Positions 42,434 to 57,633 of a DNA stretch of 64,000 nt are shown here, piece after piece. A program made the translations under genes and the position numbers. A model generated the notes under the pieces. That model worked only from the letters and a program-made list of their open reading frames with translations. It searched no databases and was not told the origin of the DNA. How positions within the stretch are numbered: position 1 is the first letter of the stretch; the number at the start of each line of letters is the position of its first letter. The DNA comes from the human T2T-CHM13v2.0 reference genome, Homo sapiens: the NCBI RefSeq assembly GCF_009914755.1, contig NC_060929.1, one strand, 5' to 3'.

Positions 42434-42872
42434 TATCTTTGACTTCTGATCCCATAAATGTGTCTTGCAATTGACATATTTTTAAAGCTTTATGTCTTAG
42501 GCCCACTGCCTTCTGGTAGAGATCTACTTATTTATCTTCTCATTACCTATTCATGAAATGCCTCTTTTTCTAAAAGCCACAAACCAGTCATCCTTCTTTA
42601 ATTCTAAAGGATCTGATTGATAAAAATAATATTTCATGATTCTTTTGGTTTGCATGTGTCTGATGATTTAGGAGGTAAAGTAGTGCCTAGTATGTCTAAT
42701 GGCCGTTTGAGTTTCCTGTGAGTTACCTGCTCATGTCCTTTGTCTAGTTTTCCTTGGGGTGTCATTCATTTCAAGGCATCCTGTGTGCCACAAGCGTATT
42801 AATCCTTTGTTCCTTCCACGTGGCAAATATTTCCCAGCATCATTTGCTTTGTAATCAGTTAGCTTTGTATGA

Positions 42873-43236
<364 letters not shown>

Positions 43237-43249
43237 CCTTTTCCCTTCT

Positions 43250-44745
43250 CATTGACTCTCACATCCTCCCTTGGTCATCTCATCCAGTCTTATAGGTTTA
43301 AATGCCATTTGTACACTGCTATGAACTGAATGGTGCCCCCTCAAATCCATATGTTCCAGCCCTAACCTCTAATATGGCTGTGTTAGGAGATAAGGTCTTT
43401 ATAAGGTAATTAAGGTGAAATGACTTCATAGGGGTGAGGCCAGACTCTAAAGGCTGGTATCCTTATGAAAAAAAAAAAAAAAAAAAAAAAAGGATGAGAG
43501 AAAAATCTGTCTCTCTGTGTGTCTCCACCATGAGAGGACACAGCAAGGTGGTGGCCATCTGCAAGCCAGGAAGAGAGTTCTCCCAAGGACCCAGTGACAC
43601 TGGTACCGGATCTGTCTTCCAGCCTCCAGAACTGTGAAAAAATGAATTTCTGTAGTTTCAGCCCCCCAGTCTGTGGTATTTCGTTATGGCAGCTTGACTA
43701 AGACATGCTCTGAACCTGCCCAGATCTCTACCTGCTGCCCAGACCCTCCTCTTGAACTCCACACTCCTTCACTTAGCCACTCCTTGACTCCTCGGCCTGG
43801 TGTCTAAGGGACACTTCAAGCTCAATGTGTCCAAAACTGAATCCTGGTCTTCTGCCTATACACCCGCTCCACCCACAGCCTTGCCCATCTTCCCAGGAGC
43901 TGCTCAGGCAAACACCCTGAGCACAGTGTGAGGGAGTGAGCTTTCCCTCTCACTCCCCATCCAACCTCACAGGAAATCCAGCTGGCTCTGCCTTCAGACT
44001 GTGTTGGAGACTGTGTCTCCAACCACATGCACTGCTCCCCCTGATACACGCTGCCATTGGGTCTTGCCTGGGTGGCTGCAATAGCCCCTGCTTGATCTCC
44101 CTGACTCTGCCCTTGACCTCCTGCAGTCTATTCTGGACGTAGCCACAGAGTGACCCGATTCAGACAAAACAGATCCTTGCCCCTTGTCGGTTCGGTGGCT
44201 CCCATCTCTCTGGGACTAAAGTCAATGATCCTGCCATGTTTTTTTCTGCCCCATCACCTCTCTGGCCTTATCGCCTGGTGTCTATCCTTGGCCAGCCGAT
44301 CTCCAGTCACAGGTCCCCTTTGCTATTCCTGGTGTGGCCCAGGCATGTCCCCACTTCAGGGGCCTTGCATGGGCTGCTCCTCCTGCCCAGAACACGCTTC
44401 TCTGAGACAGCCGTGTGGCTCCCTCCATCTCTTCAAGGCTGTCACCGCTGTCATCTTCTCTGTGAGACCTACACTGACTAGATTATATAAAATTGCAACT
44501 CATTCTCTGCATCCTCAATCTTCTCACCATGCTATGGGTCTATTTATTCTTATCGCTTTCTATGAGCTGTACACTTCATCTAACAAATGGTAGTGCTTAC
44601 TTACGAATTAACTATTACTACTGCTTTTCTTCTGTCTCCTTCACCTGAGAGCTTCAATCTTTGTGGGTTTTGTTCATAGCCATTCGCTAAGTGCCTCTTA
44701 CAGTGTTTGGACATAGGAGACATTATTTGTTTATTGAATAAATAA
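43250..44745 (+). mobile_element. L2 LINE 3' portion interrupted by MLT1A
   Basis: ggtttaaatgccatttgtac, caatgtgtccaaaactgaatcctg, ggtggctcccatctc, ending ttattgaataaataaat. Confidence 0.85.
43317..43704 (+). mobile_element. MaLR MLT1A-like solo LTR with an internal A24 run
   Basis: tgctatgaactgaatggtgccccctcaaatccatatg ... cttccagcctccagaactgtga ... gactaagaca. Confidence 0.9.
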
Positions 44746-44759
44746 ATATCCTTAAATAT

Positions 44760-46100
44760 ATAGCCAATTTCTGCAATCTTTTTCTTTAGGTTTCTGTTTT
44801 GTGGTCTTGTCCAGAAAGCCCTACTCTAACGAGTATTGATAATTCACTCATACATCCTTCCAGATTATGGGTATATTTTATATATTTAGAACTTTAATCA
44901 ACTTGAAATTTATTCATTGTGAGGTCTGAGGTAGCAAAACATGGGGCTTTTAAATTAATTATTTTCCAATATCTTATTTCTATGCTTATTTAAGCTTTTT
45001 TAAAATCATTAAATGTATTATAATTAGCTCTGTTTCTGGACCTTGTATTATATTCCATTGATCTGATTATTTACTACTATACCACAAAGTATTTTAATTA
45101 TATTAAAGGCATGCATTTATTTTTAAAATGAATTAGAATTTCTAGAACTTTGTCTCTTTGTTTGGTCTTTGAAACATCCAGTTCTCAGTTTTATCAATTC
45201 TCCTGGGTATTTATTTCTTTTGTATCTAATTGATTAATTGATACTTATGTTTTTAGTAATGCCTTCTTTTTTAAGGTTTAATTTATTATTTTCTTTTCAA
45301 GTTGTTTTTTGGTGGGATGTTCTGCTCATTTATGTTCATTCATTGAAGAATTCAAGGCTATTTGCTTCCTTTGAGTTCAATTTTGACCACATCTCTTAAG
45401 ATGTATTTTCATTGTTATTGTCTTAATGGTCCATAGTTACACTTTTAATTTCCTCTATTTTCAAGAGTTGCTTAATGTTTTTAATTTCCCATAAATGTAT
45501 TCTTATTGTTATTTGAGTATTATTTTGTTTTAAATATCCATTATTGTGGTCAACGGATGTGTTCTACAAATTTTCTCATTTTGAAAGAGATTTCTTTGAG
45601 ATTTTCTGTCTAGAGAATGGTCATTTTCTTAAACTGTCCCAAAGAAACTTGGAAAGAATGTGGATTCTTTGTAGGTACTAAGTTTGATACATACCCATTA
45701 AACTGAGCTAAACAATTGCTTCATCCAGTTTTTCCATTGTGTATTTGATGCTTGCTTGAGTCTCAAAGAGAAGGAAGTTTGATTAACGATCTCCTCTACC
45801 CTGGTATTTTTGTTGATTTCTTCTTGCCTGTCCAACTTTCTTTCTTTATGTATTTTCAGTGTGTTTTGGGGAATAGTATCTAATGATACCCTTAATCTGT
45901 ATAAATAGGTCTTCGTTGGTGAGTTCCCATTCATGTCTTTTGCCAGTTTCTCTGATAGGGCATTCACTTTCTTATTGACCTAAAAAAGCTTTTTATATGT
46001 TAAACATATTAACTCTCTGCTATGTATGTTACAAGTATTTCCCCCAACTTCTCATTTTTAAAAATCCTGTTAATAGTATATACAATATGCAGATACTTTA
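44760..46100 (-). mobile_element. Old L1M fragments
   Basis: T-rich with tattccattgatctgattat and gaaacttggaaagaatgtggattct, typical of antisense L1 ORF2. Confidence 0.65.
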
Positions 46101-46101
46101 A

Positions 46102-46399
<298 letters not shown>

Positions 46400-47295
46400 A
46401 GATATGTTAAACCTTTAGTAGTAAAGATTATGTTTTCATTTGTATTCTCGAAATAGTGTGATGAGAAAATTTAGTGAAGGGCAAATATCTTGGTCCCCTC
46501 TCCTTGCTTAGCCTTGAATTTCTATGGCTGTTTGATTAACTACCTCTTCACCTGGTCCCCACTTGTGAGCTATGATCTCATGTCACCTCCTTCTTCTTCT
46601 GATCCTTCAGGATGTTCCACAGGCAACCCCTTCTTCCTCTCTTTACCATGTAGAGCCAAAGACCTAAAAACATAATTAATTAAGGACAACATCTGACATG
46701 CTTGATCAGTGTGCAGCTAAAAAGGTACATGCTTTTCCTGTTCAGAATCTCTTTGTCCCAGGTCTTCAAATTCATCCTCTTTTTTATTTAAAAAAATTAC
46801 ATAAGACCTCTGTATGTATATACAATTTTGCTGAAGGTTTGGAGGACAGAGAACAGCGGTCTCATCTAAGCACACACCATATCTTAAAAATGAATGCTCG
46901 ACACATCTGTTCTTAAATATTTCACCTCCATTTCTAATAATCCCCTCTCTCCCCTTTTCCCATATCTCCCAAATTTCTGTTTATGTCTAATGCAAAACAA
47001 TCAGTAATTTTTGTGTGATGCTTTGTCTTTTGCTTGTAATTAAATGTATTTTCCCTTTGAATGCAGGTTACTTTTTAGGAGGAACTCTGATGTCAACTGT
47101 TAATGTAAATTTTTTTATCCCACAACACTTATAAAAGTAATATTATAAGCATGCTTATGATTATATTAAAATTTTTTAAACTATTTCTCATACTAAAGGA
47201 TATAGGAAATACAATGCTGAGAGTAGCCACGTGAGAGTGGGGTCTTGGGTATGTCATTTGATCTTTTTGAATTTGCATCTCTAAACCTGATAGGC

Positions 47296-47619
<324 letters not shown>

Positions 47620-47756
47620 TTATTGAAACAGTACCTACCTCCCCAGTTAGCCACCTAATCAGTCATTGACTTGAAAACCTACACTATTCCAGCATTGCTT
47701 GAGACATAGGGACAAGATCACCTTTAACTGATGTGTCAGAATTTTGTCTACACTGA

Positions 47757-48075
<319 letters not shown>

Positions 48076-48109
48076 TAAATAGTCATTGCATACTCACCCT
48101 ATGCCAGAC

Positions 48110-48430
48110 ACTAACAATCTTTTGCTGTTGGTTGACCTCTCAGCATCCGGTTCCCCCAGTTCCCCTTTCTTTCTTCCTAACAAAATCTCAATTCTGTCCA
48201 AGTAGCTCTGCTGCCCCATGTGGCCACATAAATCAGGGAGGGCTGATTCCTCCCCGACCATTGAGGGTGATGCTGTAGATCCAAGAATAATTCTACTTCC
48301 CCTACCAGAGATGGAATAAGGAAAGGTGGTGTGACCCATGAGATGAGCTGAGGCTCATGAGATGCAGCAGAAAGCCTGCCAAAGCCATTCTGGGAAGACT
48401 CTTTTATTCTAAGAGAGAGCCATGAGATGT
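48110..48430. mobile_element. Old MaLR (MLT1J/K-like) LTR fragment
   Basis: ccctttcttcttcctaacaaaatctcaattctgtcc ... tgtgaccc ... ttctgggaagac. Confidence 0.5.
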
Positions 48431-49189
48431 CTTCAACTTGACAGTCAATGACCCTTGCTATTTTTTATGAAGTGGCGTGGTCTCCTTGAGACAAGAGAGG
48501 AGAACACATTCATTCATTCCCTCACTTATTCATTCATTCGACACATTTTTGAGTATCCACCATGTGCCAGGTACTGTTTTAGTTGCTGGAGTTACAGCAT
48601 TAAGCAAAACAGACAGAAGCCTGCCCTCATGAAGCTTACACATAAACGTTACCAGCATCCTTCCCATCCCCCGGTCCAGTCCAACATGCTGACCTTTGAC
48701 TTGGCGTCAGTGGGTTCTCCCTCTCTGCACACTCCTGACCCTTGGTCAAATGATCAAGCGGCCAGTGAAGTGTCCCCCACCTTCCTGTTTCCAGCCCTTT
48801 CCTTATTTCTGGTGCTTCCTTCCTAAAGTTCACTTTGCCTCTTCCCATCCATATTCCGTTCATACCTGTGACATATATTGTAGATGGTCCATGCATTGGC
48901 ATTTTAATTTTGCCAAAGTTCAAAGCTATAAGCTAAGTTAATGAAGTTCTACTGATGGATTGTCAGGGGTTAGCCAGTAAATAGGGGTCATATTCTTTGG
49001 AAAACTGGAGACTTTGTAGTTAGGGCAGCTAAAGCTGTATTCTCTAGGCTGATGTTTACTCTTTCTGCCTGTCTGACCCTCACTGGGTAGGCTGATTACA
49101 GCAAAATAAGCTTAGATAACTTGATAGTGACTCCTTGGCCCCTTGCATAGACCTGGCCTTAATCTTTTACAAGAGACTCCTGTGGTCAG

Positions 49190-49400
49190 GAGACATCATG
49201 CAAAAGACTTTGGAGACAAATTGTCTGGATTCAAATCCCCCTTGCTTGTGTCCTGAGCAAACTTTCTAACCTATGTGGGCACCAAATTCCTCATCTGTAA
49301 TACGGGACTGATAATAGCCGTTTTGGAAAGTTGACATGGTGATTAAAATAATTTGCTTAGCTAAAGCATAGTAAGTGCTAAATTAATGGCTGTTACTACA
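49190..49400 (+). mobile_element. MIR SINE
   Basis: gactttggagacaaattgtctggattcaaatcc ... ttcctcatctgtaatacggg. Confidence 0.8.
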
Positions 49401-52119
49401 GTTTATATATTATAGTAGTTTTCATAGTTGTAACCTGTGTGTGGGAAGCCCTTAAGTTGGAATTAAGAGGATTTGGAGTGACTCCATTGATTGGCTAAGT
49501 ATGCTATAACACCAGTCCTCTAGCTGGCTGAATCCTCTTTCATCTTGAAACTTCCTTTGCCAATAGGAAAAACAGAAAAAAAAGAAGCAAAAAAGTGTTT
49601 CTTTATTGGGAGAGAAAACATCCTCCATGAAACAAAACCAGCTAACCATTCATTATGTCTGTCTTGTTATTAAAGGTCAACAGGATTAAAGAGCTAATTA
49701 CAGTGTCCTAGGTTAGGCATTATCCATTGTTACTAGGACTGAGTCATGCCTGGTTTCTGGCTTTTTAAGAACCAGCGTGATTTCGCATTTGATTCACCTG
49801 GGTATGTTTTAATGACTCTGGCAGAATGAAGTATGGGAATTAACATTTGCAAACTCAAACCAGACGAGCGATTCACATTCGAGATATAAACAGGCCAATC
49901 TGCTGTTCTCGTTGGTCATCTCTCACTGCCCATCTCGCTTGCTGGATCTGTGCTGTGCCCCCACTTCGCCATTCAGGCAGAATGTGCATGACACATAGTA
50001 AATGAATTCGGGGCAGGTCATGAGGTAATTGCAGAATAAATATATTCCTCAAGAATCAGAGATAAAAAGTTTTCCACCATTCTTTTCCTCTTGTAGCCTC
50101 TGTTTTTTTTTTGTTTGTTTTTGTTTTTGTTTTTTTTAAAGATCTTATTAATTTGCAAACCAGCTGATTACAACTCCTCCAGGCTAAATAACTGTGCAGT
50201 TGGCACGTAATAGATGAGTGGTTTGGGCTGAGGGAGCAGGTCTTGTTTTTTTTTTTTTCTTTGCCTATTACACCCATTGTTTTAGGTAATTAACATCCAC
50301 TTTGTAGTGGCAGCTCTGACGCCTCACTGTCTGAACAGTGTCTTGGCTGACAGCCTCTGAAATAGCCCTGGTGAACTTCTTGCAAAATCATATGATATTA
50401 TTATATAATTCTCCCCGATGAAAGCTCAAAGAGAATTTGCACACACAGCTACAAGTGAGCTTTTGGATCTAGACACGGTCACATTGAGTGCCTTTTTGAA
50501 CAAGCGTTTTCTTCCAGCCAGGCAGGGAGGGACTGGGGTTGGAGCACAGGAGAGAGGCGGGTTTGAATTCTGGCATTGCTGGCACCAGATCAGATAAGAA
50601 ACAATGACCTCCCGGGGCTTTTGTGAGCATTCAATGAGTTTTTAACCTTACCTGGCTGGTGAACATAGGTTCACCTTCTACCAAATTAATAATTTCTTCT
50701 TCAGGTTAATAAAATTAACAGAGACACTTCAAAAAGGCCTCTCCTTTCTTTGGTCTTTTATTCTTGCCTTTAAACACCATATAAATTAAATCTAGAACAT
50801 TAGACTATAGCAACACAGGTCAAATGAGGACCTCTGGATTGTCCAATGTCTTTGAATTATCCACATTAATTGTTCTTCACCATACTTTCTCCTTTCTCCA
50901 TCTCTGCCCAATATTTATTCTTAAGGCCTACAGATTCTGGCTGGCTTCTTCAGCTCTTCTTAGTCTTATGGCATGTAGAATATTTGCTTTCAGGGTTTTT
51001 CCCAAAATCAGTCAACAGTTTGGGTTTGGCTGAAGATGTTTCTAAATCATCTTGCAGTTCTTTGATTTCAGAAACGGCTGAACCCCAAAAGAAACGGCAT
51101 GGGGCGTTTCTCAATGCTTTATCACTGACCTCACAGTTTTCTGTTTGTTTAAAACAACTACAACAGCAAAATATATGGCCAGCATTGTGTGATTGGAGGC
51201 AGTGTGATACCCATATTATCTTGCACGCGTAACATCTAGAAGGCCCCATTAATTAACAATTCAGTATGTCTTCTTTTCTCCAAAGTTGGGGAAAGTTGGA
51301 AAGCTGATGAGCCTAAAGTGACACCAGATGACTCTATTGCTTTCTCTTCTTTACTTGTTTAAGTTTTATGAGGAGTTAATTCTTAAACCTCCCCTCTCTT
51401 CAAGCCCCAGCCTTCCCAGAAATAAATCACACCAGCCCAGGGTGGAGTTATGCTGCTCTGATGGCCTATGGGCTGGAGCTCCTGACTCCTCTGGTGGATA
51501 TATTACAGTGACTAAGTGTGGGGAGCAGACAGGAGCTGCCTCTTCGTCTCCTGTTTCAAAGACCAAAGGATCTGGGGTTGGAGACACAATGGATCAAAGG
51601 ACCTGCAGGTCTGAACAGGGGCAAGAGAAAGAGAGGCCAAAGAAAAGAGGATTCCCTGGGAAGTGGGACCTGGCTCTAGCATGATATGTGTTAGGTATCT
51701 GCCACATACCCAGGACAGTCTCATTATTATTAAATTATGTCAACAATTTGAATCCTATGAAGGGAATTTTAACAACATTTCAAGAAACTTACACCCAAAG
51801 CAAGTTAAGTGGCTTATGCAAAGTCACGTAACTAATAAGTGGCAGAATCAGGATTAGAACCTAGGTCCAATCTGACTCCAGGCCCAGTACTTATTTCATT
51901 GATCTCATGCAATCACTTTTCTCTTTTGGGTCCCCAGGAATAAGAAACCAATTTGGGGGAAAGCCGGGGGGAAGGTGGATTCAGATGTCTATACTCTGGT
52001 TGCTGACCAAAGAGAGTCCAGTCCTCTTCAAAGCTGGACTCTACACACTACAAACATAAATCATAAGAGTCAAGGCCTCCCGATTGAAGCAGAACTCTTA
52101 CTCGCTTGCATTCCAATAC

Positions 52120-52295
52120 ACCAGAGGTCACAGGTTGGCAGCCTGTGGGCCAAAACTGGCTGTGGCCTAAAGATATGTTTTATTTGGCTTTTAAGTGTTG
52201 GATCACACAACATATTTTAAAAATTAGATTCTTTCTCAAAAAAAAAAAAAAAAATTAGATTCTTTGCCAGCATTGAAAAATCAGGGTTTGCATCT
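52120..52295. mobile_element. MER102-like hAT element
   Basis: ggcagcctgtgggccaaaactggc ... atatgttttatttggc ... tgccagcattgaaaaatcagg. Confidence 0.6.
52235..52249 (+). mobile_element. Ultra-short retrotransposed insertion (CTC + poly(A)) with 16-bp TSD
   Basis: aaaaattagattcttt at 52219-52234 and 52250-52265, preceded by TTTT. Confidence 0.85.
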
Positions 52296-52368
52296 TCTGT
52301 TCTAGCTATGATGGAATAGCTTGTCTTAGAGCAACCCTCCCACTAAGAGTAAATAGAAAAGCTGGACA

Positions 52369-52403
52369 TTATCTATCTATCTATTTATCTATCTATCTAT
52401 CTA
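52369..52403. repeat. (TCTA)n microsatellite
   Basis: Read directly. Confidence 0.9.
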
Positions 52404-52895
52404 CACCCAGACTGGGTTATCACTAGTGAAAGATGACAAAGCAATAGATTGAGGATCAGAACCCAGGAACAATAGATGTTATTGCCTCTGGAATGTGGGT
52501 CCCAGGAGAAAAGGACATAAAAACCCATGGTCTTGTCCAGCTGTTCCCTAGGGCAAGAGCTTACTCTCCAGAATCTCTGTGTAGTTTTGACGCAGCATCA
52601 TGTCAGAGCCTCGTCCTTTGTTCTTTGAGCATCTCACAGGAACTAACGCACCATCCTGAATGCAGCTGGTGCTGAAGAAATGTCTGTTGAATTGAATTGC
52701 ATTACTCAGCCAAGTGCTTACATCACTGCTGACTGGTAAGCACATGTACTCCCAAAACTAAAATAAATGTTAAAAAGCCAAACAAAACACAGACAAGCTT
52801 GACCTTTGGAATTATGACACTACTATCTTTGACTTGATCGGAGTTTGTAAAATAAGTAAAATTAATGTCCTGCTAAGGAGAAAAGAAGTTCACGG

Positions 52896-53102
52896 CCAGT
52901 GTGCTGAAGTTGCTCATACCTGCCTGCAAGAGCTGACGGGTATGTCTCTTCCCAACCAGCATTCAGTGAGCTCACGTAGGTAGCTTGAAATCAGCCATGG
53001 TGGGAGTATTTACACCGCAGAAATAAGCAGCACTATCAATTAGGACTTTTTTTTTTCCTTTCTTAGATTGCCAGTTGTTAAACATTTGCCAGCACACCAT
53101 GA
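52896..53102. mobile_element. MER63A hAT element
   Basis: tctcttcccaac ... gtagcttgaaatcagccatggtgggagtatttacacc ... gttgttaaacatttgccagcacacca. Confidence 0.85.
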
Positions 53103-53379
53103 TTCACTGCCATTTCAGGTTCATTCCGTTTCATAAGCAGAGATGGCAGAGCTACTAATCTATACACACATCTATACGTAGCTTCTTTATCTATGATGGG
53201 TTGAATCCTTCCCATGAGCTGCCACTTTGCTGGATAACAATGGGGACAAGAGGTCAAAGAAGTGAGCAGTAAATTTAGTTTAATTCTGAAAACTCCTTCA
53301 GACTCAATCATTTAGAACTTTGTATAATTTTTTGGGGATAAAATGCTCACTTAATCAGACTGTTCCTCCTTTCCATGTC

Positions 53380-53555
53380 TACTAGGTTCTTAGACAGAAA
53401 TAGACTCGGGGATGGGGAATGCAGTGCAGGAAGTTACTGGGACATGCTCTCAACATCAGCACTGTCAAGGAGGGAAGGAAGCAGGACTGGGGAGAGGGAG
53501 AGGCTGAACAGAGAAATAGTCACAGCAAGGACCACAGCTGGTCCCACCAGGGCCC
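53380..53555 (-). mobile_element. LTR16-family fragment
   Basis: gtgcaggaagttactgggacatgctctc ... gaaggaagcaggactggggagagggagaggctgaac. Confidence 0.55.
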
Positions 53556-53719
53556 ACAGACCAGATGGGTCCTGTATGCCTGCTCAGAGTTTTAAATTGT
53601 TTGTTAATTGATTACCAACATTTTAGTATCCTTCCATAAAAATCAGGATACTCAGTTTCTGTGGGAGAATTGGACGATGTGACACGGACTGGCTGGAGCT
53701 GGGGCATAACTCTGTGGCC

Positions 53720-53870
53720 TTAGGGAAGTGACTTACCCTCTTTGAGCTTTAGTTTCCATGTCTATAAAGCAAGGACTGAAATACCTAGCCCACAGGGTTG
53801 CCATGAGAATTAAATAAGATCATGATTTTAAAGTTCTTGGCACAAAGTCAGTACATAGTAAAGGGTGCCT
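53720..53870 (+). mobile_element. MIR SINE
   Basis: ttagggaagtgacttaccctctttgagctttagtttcc ... cagggttgccatgagaattaaataaga. Confidence 0.8.
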
Positions 53871-54789
53871 GTTTATGTGTCACTGATTTGAATTGTCTCT
53901 GAATCCTCTGTGGATTTTCATTGACTCCTGGAAAATATAAAAAGGTGGCTGGCACTTGAGCTTTTACAGACTGGTGAAGACTTCTGCTCCTTTTTACAGA
54001 TGAAAACTGATCAGCTTTTCACTTTATGGAAAACCTAACTACAAATGTGAATCATTTCCATAAATTAAGTCAATCTTCTGGGTTTGCCATCAACCACCTA
54101 TGTAAACAAGATGAAAACTAAAAAAAGAAACTATTCATATTGCTTTCAGAAAAAAAAATGGAAAATTCAACAAGCCCCAAAGAGATATAACGCCCTCAAG
54201 ACAAAAGTTTTATTTTTGTTGGATTGATGTACCCTTCACATTTTGGCTAATTCTGCGTTCTTGAGAGCAGATATCCTTGAATGTGCAGCTAACTTTGGGG
54301 CTGCTGGTGGTGGTGGTGGTGGTGGACAACTTGCTCCACTGATAAACTGCTGAGTGAGAAAAGAGCCCAGGAGGGGTTCTAGTACTAGAAATATACTAAC
54401 TGGCATCAGGATCTTGTTGCGAGTAAGTTTCTGATGAATATTAGGTACCTATGTATCTTTTGTAGTGTAATGCCTTTTTTTCTCTAAAGAAAACCCTGAA
54501 AACAATGATCTTCAACTATTTTTTCTGTTCTCACACCATTCATAGGCCAACACAGTCCCATCAGTAACATCTCTCATAACTCACAATGATTCTCAAAGTG
54601 GGGAAATAGGCAGGCCCCCTCTTTGAGGGTTGCAGATGGCAGTGGTGATGTGAGCACCATTGGGATGGCCTGTCTCCCGCTGGGACCTCTGATGTGCAAC
54701 TAACTTTGGGACTGGTGATGGCGGTGGCAGATGATTTGCTCTGTTGGTAAACCCTGCCATAAAACCTAGCCTGAGTTATTTCCTTACTT

Positions 54790-55370
54790 TTGGCTCATCT
54801 ATTCATTCATCCATTCAGAAAACTTATTGAGCGCTCATTATATGCCAGGTACTGATCATGGAGAATAGTAGAACTGAGTCATTGAGGAGCAAAACACAGT
54901 CTGGTAGAAGAGACAGAGATACAGATAAATAATTACACTCCAACATGTTCTTACTGAAATGTTGGTGTATGCAAGTCTGATGACTTGAATGGGGAGGAAG
55001 ACAGGCTTAACTCTGCCCTGGGGATTAGGAAGATCTCATAGAGGTATTGGCTTTTCAGCTGGGCCCTAGGCGGACATAGAAGAGCTCACTAAGTCGGGAA
55101 GGGAACCATGAATTGAGGCAGAGTGGAGAGGCACAGAACAGAGGCAAAGCTTTTAGGAGATGGTGAGTAGCTGGGCTGGACTTGAGCAGAGAAACCTGTG
55201 AAGGAGAATGCAGTAATCAAGATGGACAGGAAGGTTAAGGGTGAAGGTCTGCAAATTATGCAGACTTTGAAAGCCAGACAAAGGAGCACAGACCTCTCCT
55301 CCAGGCAGAGAGGAGCCACTGATGTTCCCAGCAGGAAAGTAGCGCCAAGGTTCGCTCTCATTCTAGAAGT
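54790..55370 (-). mobile_element. L2 LINE 3' portion
   Basis: attcattcatccattcagaaaacttattgagcgctcattatatgccagg ... ggagccactgatg. Confidence 0.75.
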
Positions 55371-55484
55371 ATGACTGTTGATACTCTGTCACTTCCCACT
55401 GTGCCGAAATTACACAAAGGCAATCCTCTGAAGTCAGCAAACCTGGTGAAAAAGGAGGAATTGGGGAGAAAATGCTGCGCGTCC

Positions 55485-55566
55485 TGTTGCCCAGGCTGAT
55501 CTCCAACTTCTGAGCTCAAGCGATCCACCCACCTTGGCCTCCTAAAGTGCTGAAATTACAGGCATG
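55485..55566 (-). mobile_element. Alu/FLAM left-arm fragment
   Basis: tgttgcccaggctgatctccaacttctgagctcaagcgatccaccc. Confidence 0.85.
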
Positions 55567-55594
55567 TATTTAGTTTTTTAAGTACCTGGCCTAC

Positions 55595-56620
<1,026 letters not shown>

Positions 56621-56869
56621 TATACTTTACTTAGTAACACGTATTCTTGTTTAAATATAATGTATATGTATTATACATAAACTCATTTCAAACAAAATGG
56701 TGGCACTTCATCTGCAAATACATGGAAAGCTGTCCAATAGGTCTTCCTCTTTGAAGCTCAGCATCATCTCAGATCACCAACCACTCAAACTGACCCCACC
56801 TATATAATCATATACAAGAAAACGCCAAGGAAGGTACACAGCACATACTGGATCCCCTCTGTTTTCCCT

Positions 56870-57027
56870 TGTAAGGGTCCTAGCATATATCGCTTACCTG
56901 GGAGGTTTTGTAAAACACAGATTGCTGGGCCCGTGCCCCAAATTCCTGACTCAGTAGGTCTAAGCATTTGCATTTCTAGCAAGCTCTGAGCTGGTGCTAA
57001 TGCTGTTAGCTGGGGGACCACACTGCC
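56870..57027. mobile_element. MER5A-type element
   Basis: aaacacagattgctgggccc ... ctgactcagtaggtct ... tttgcatttctagcaagctc ... ggggaccacact. Confidence 0.85.
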
Positions 57028-57354
57028 TGAAAATGTGAATAATGCTGGAGATAGTGTTGGAGTTCAGGGAGTCTTTCTTATAGGGTAAATCCAAAAAGGC
57101 AGCATCAAAATCATCAAAGCATACAGCGATACATTCTAAATGCTAACTGGTCATGATCACGATGGCAAGATTTGCTTGGTCATGGTCTGTGGGTTGGCTC
57201 TGTTGAAATGACTGAGGCTGATGGTTCCTTTCCCATTTTCTTCTGACCCCTAGATTTCCATTTCATCCTCAATCAGGCTGGGTGATCAGGCTATGCTTCT
57301 TCCTTCCAGTGATCTGTTATGAGACCTGACAAGCAAATTCAGAAATGGGAGTCC

Positions 57355-57633
57355 GGCCGGGCACAGTGGCTCATGCCCATAATCCCAGCACTTTGGGAGG
57401 CCGAGGTGGGTGGATCCCCTGAGGTCGGGAGTTTGAGACCAGCCTGACCAACAAGGAGAAACCCTGTCTCTACTAAAAATACAAAATCAGCTGGGCGTGG
57501 TGGCGCATGCCTGTAATCCCAGCTACTAAGGAGGCTGAGGCAGGAGAATCACTTGAACCCAGGAGGCAGAGGATGTGGTGAGCCGAGATTGCGCCATTGC
57601 GCTCCAGCCTGGGCAACAAGAGCAAAACTCTGT
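57355..57633 (+). mobile_element. AluSp-like SINE
   Basis: ctgaggtcgggagtttgagaccagcctgaccaacaaggagaaaccc diagnostic. Confidence 0.96.

Noticed and set aside
43468-43491. A24 run in MLT1A as a poly(A) retro-insertion
   Set aside because: No flanking TSD; slippage expansion is simpler
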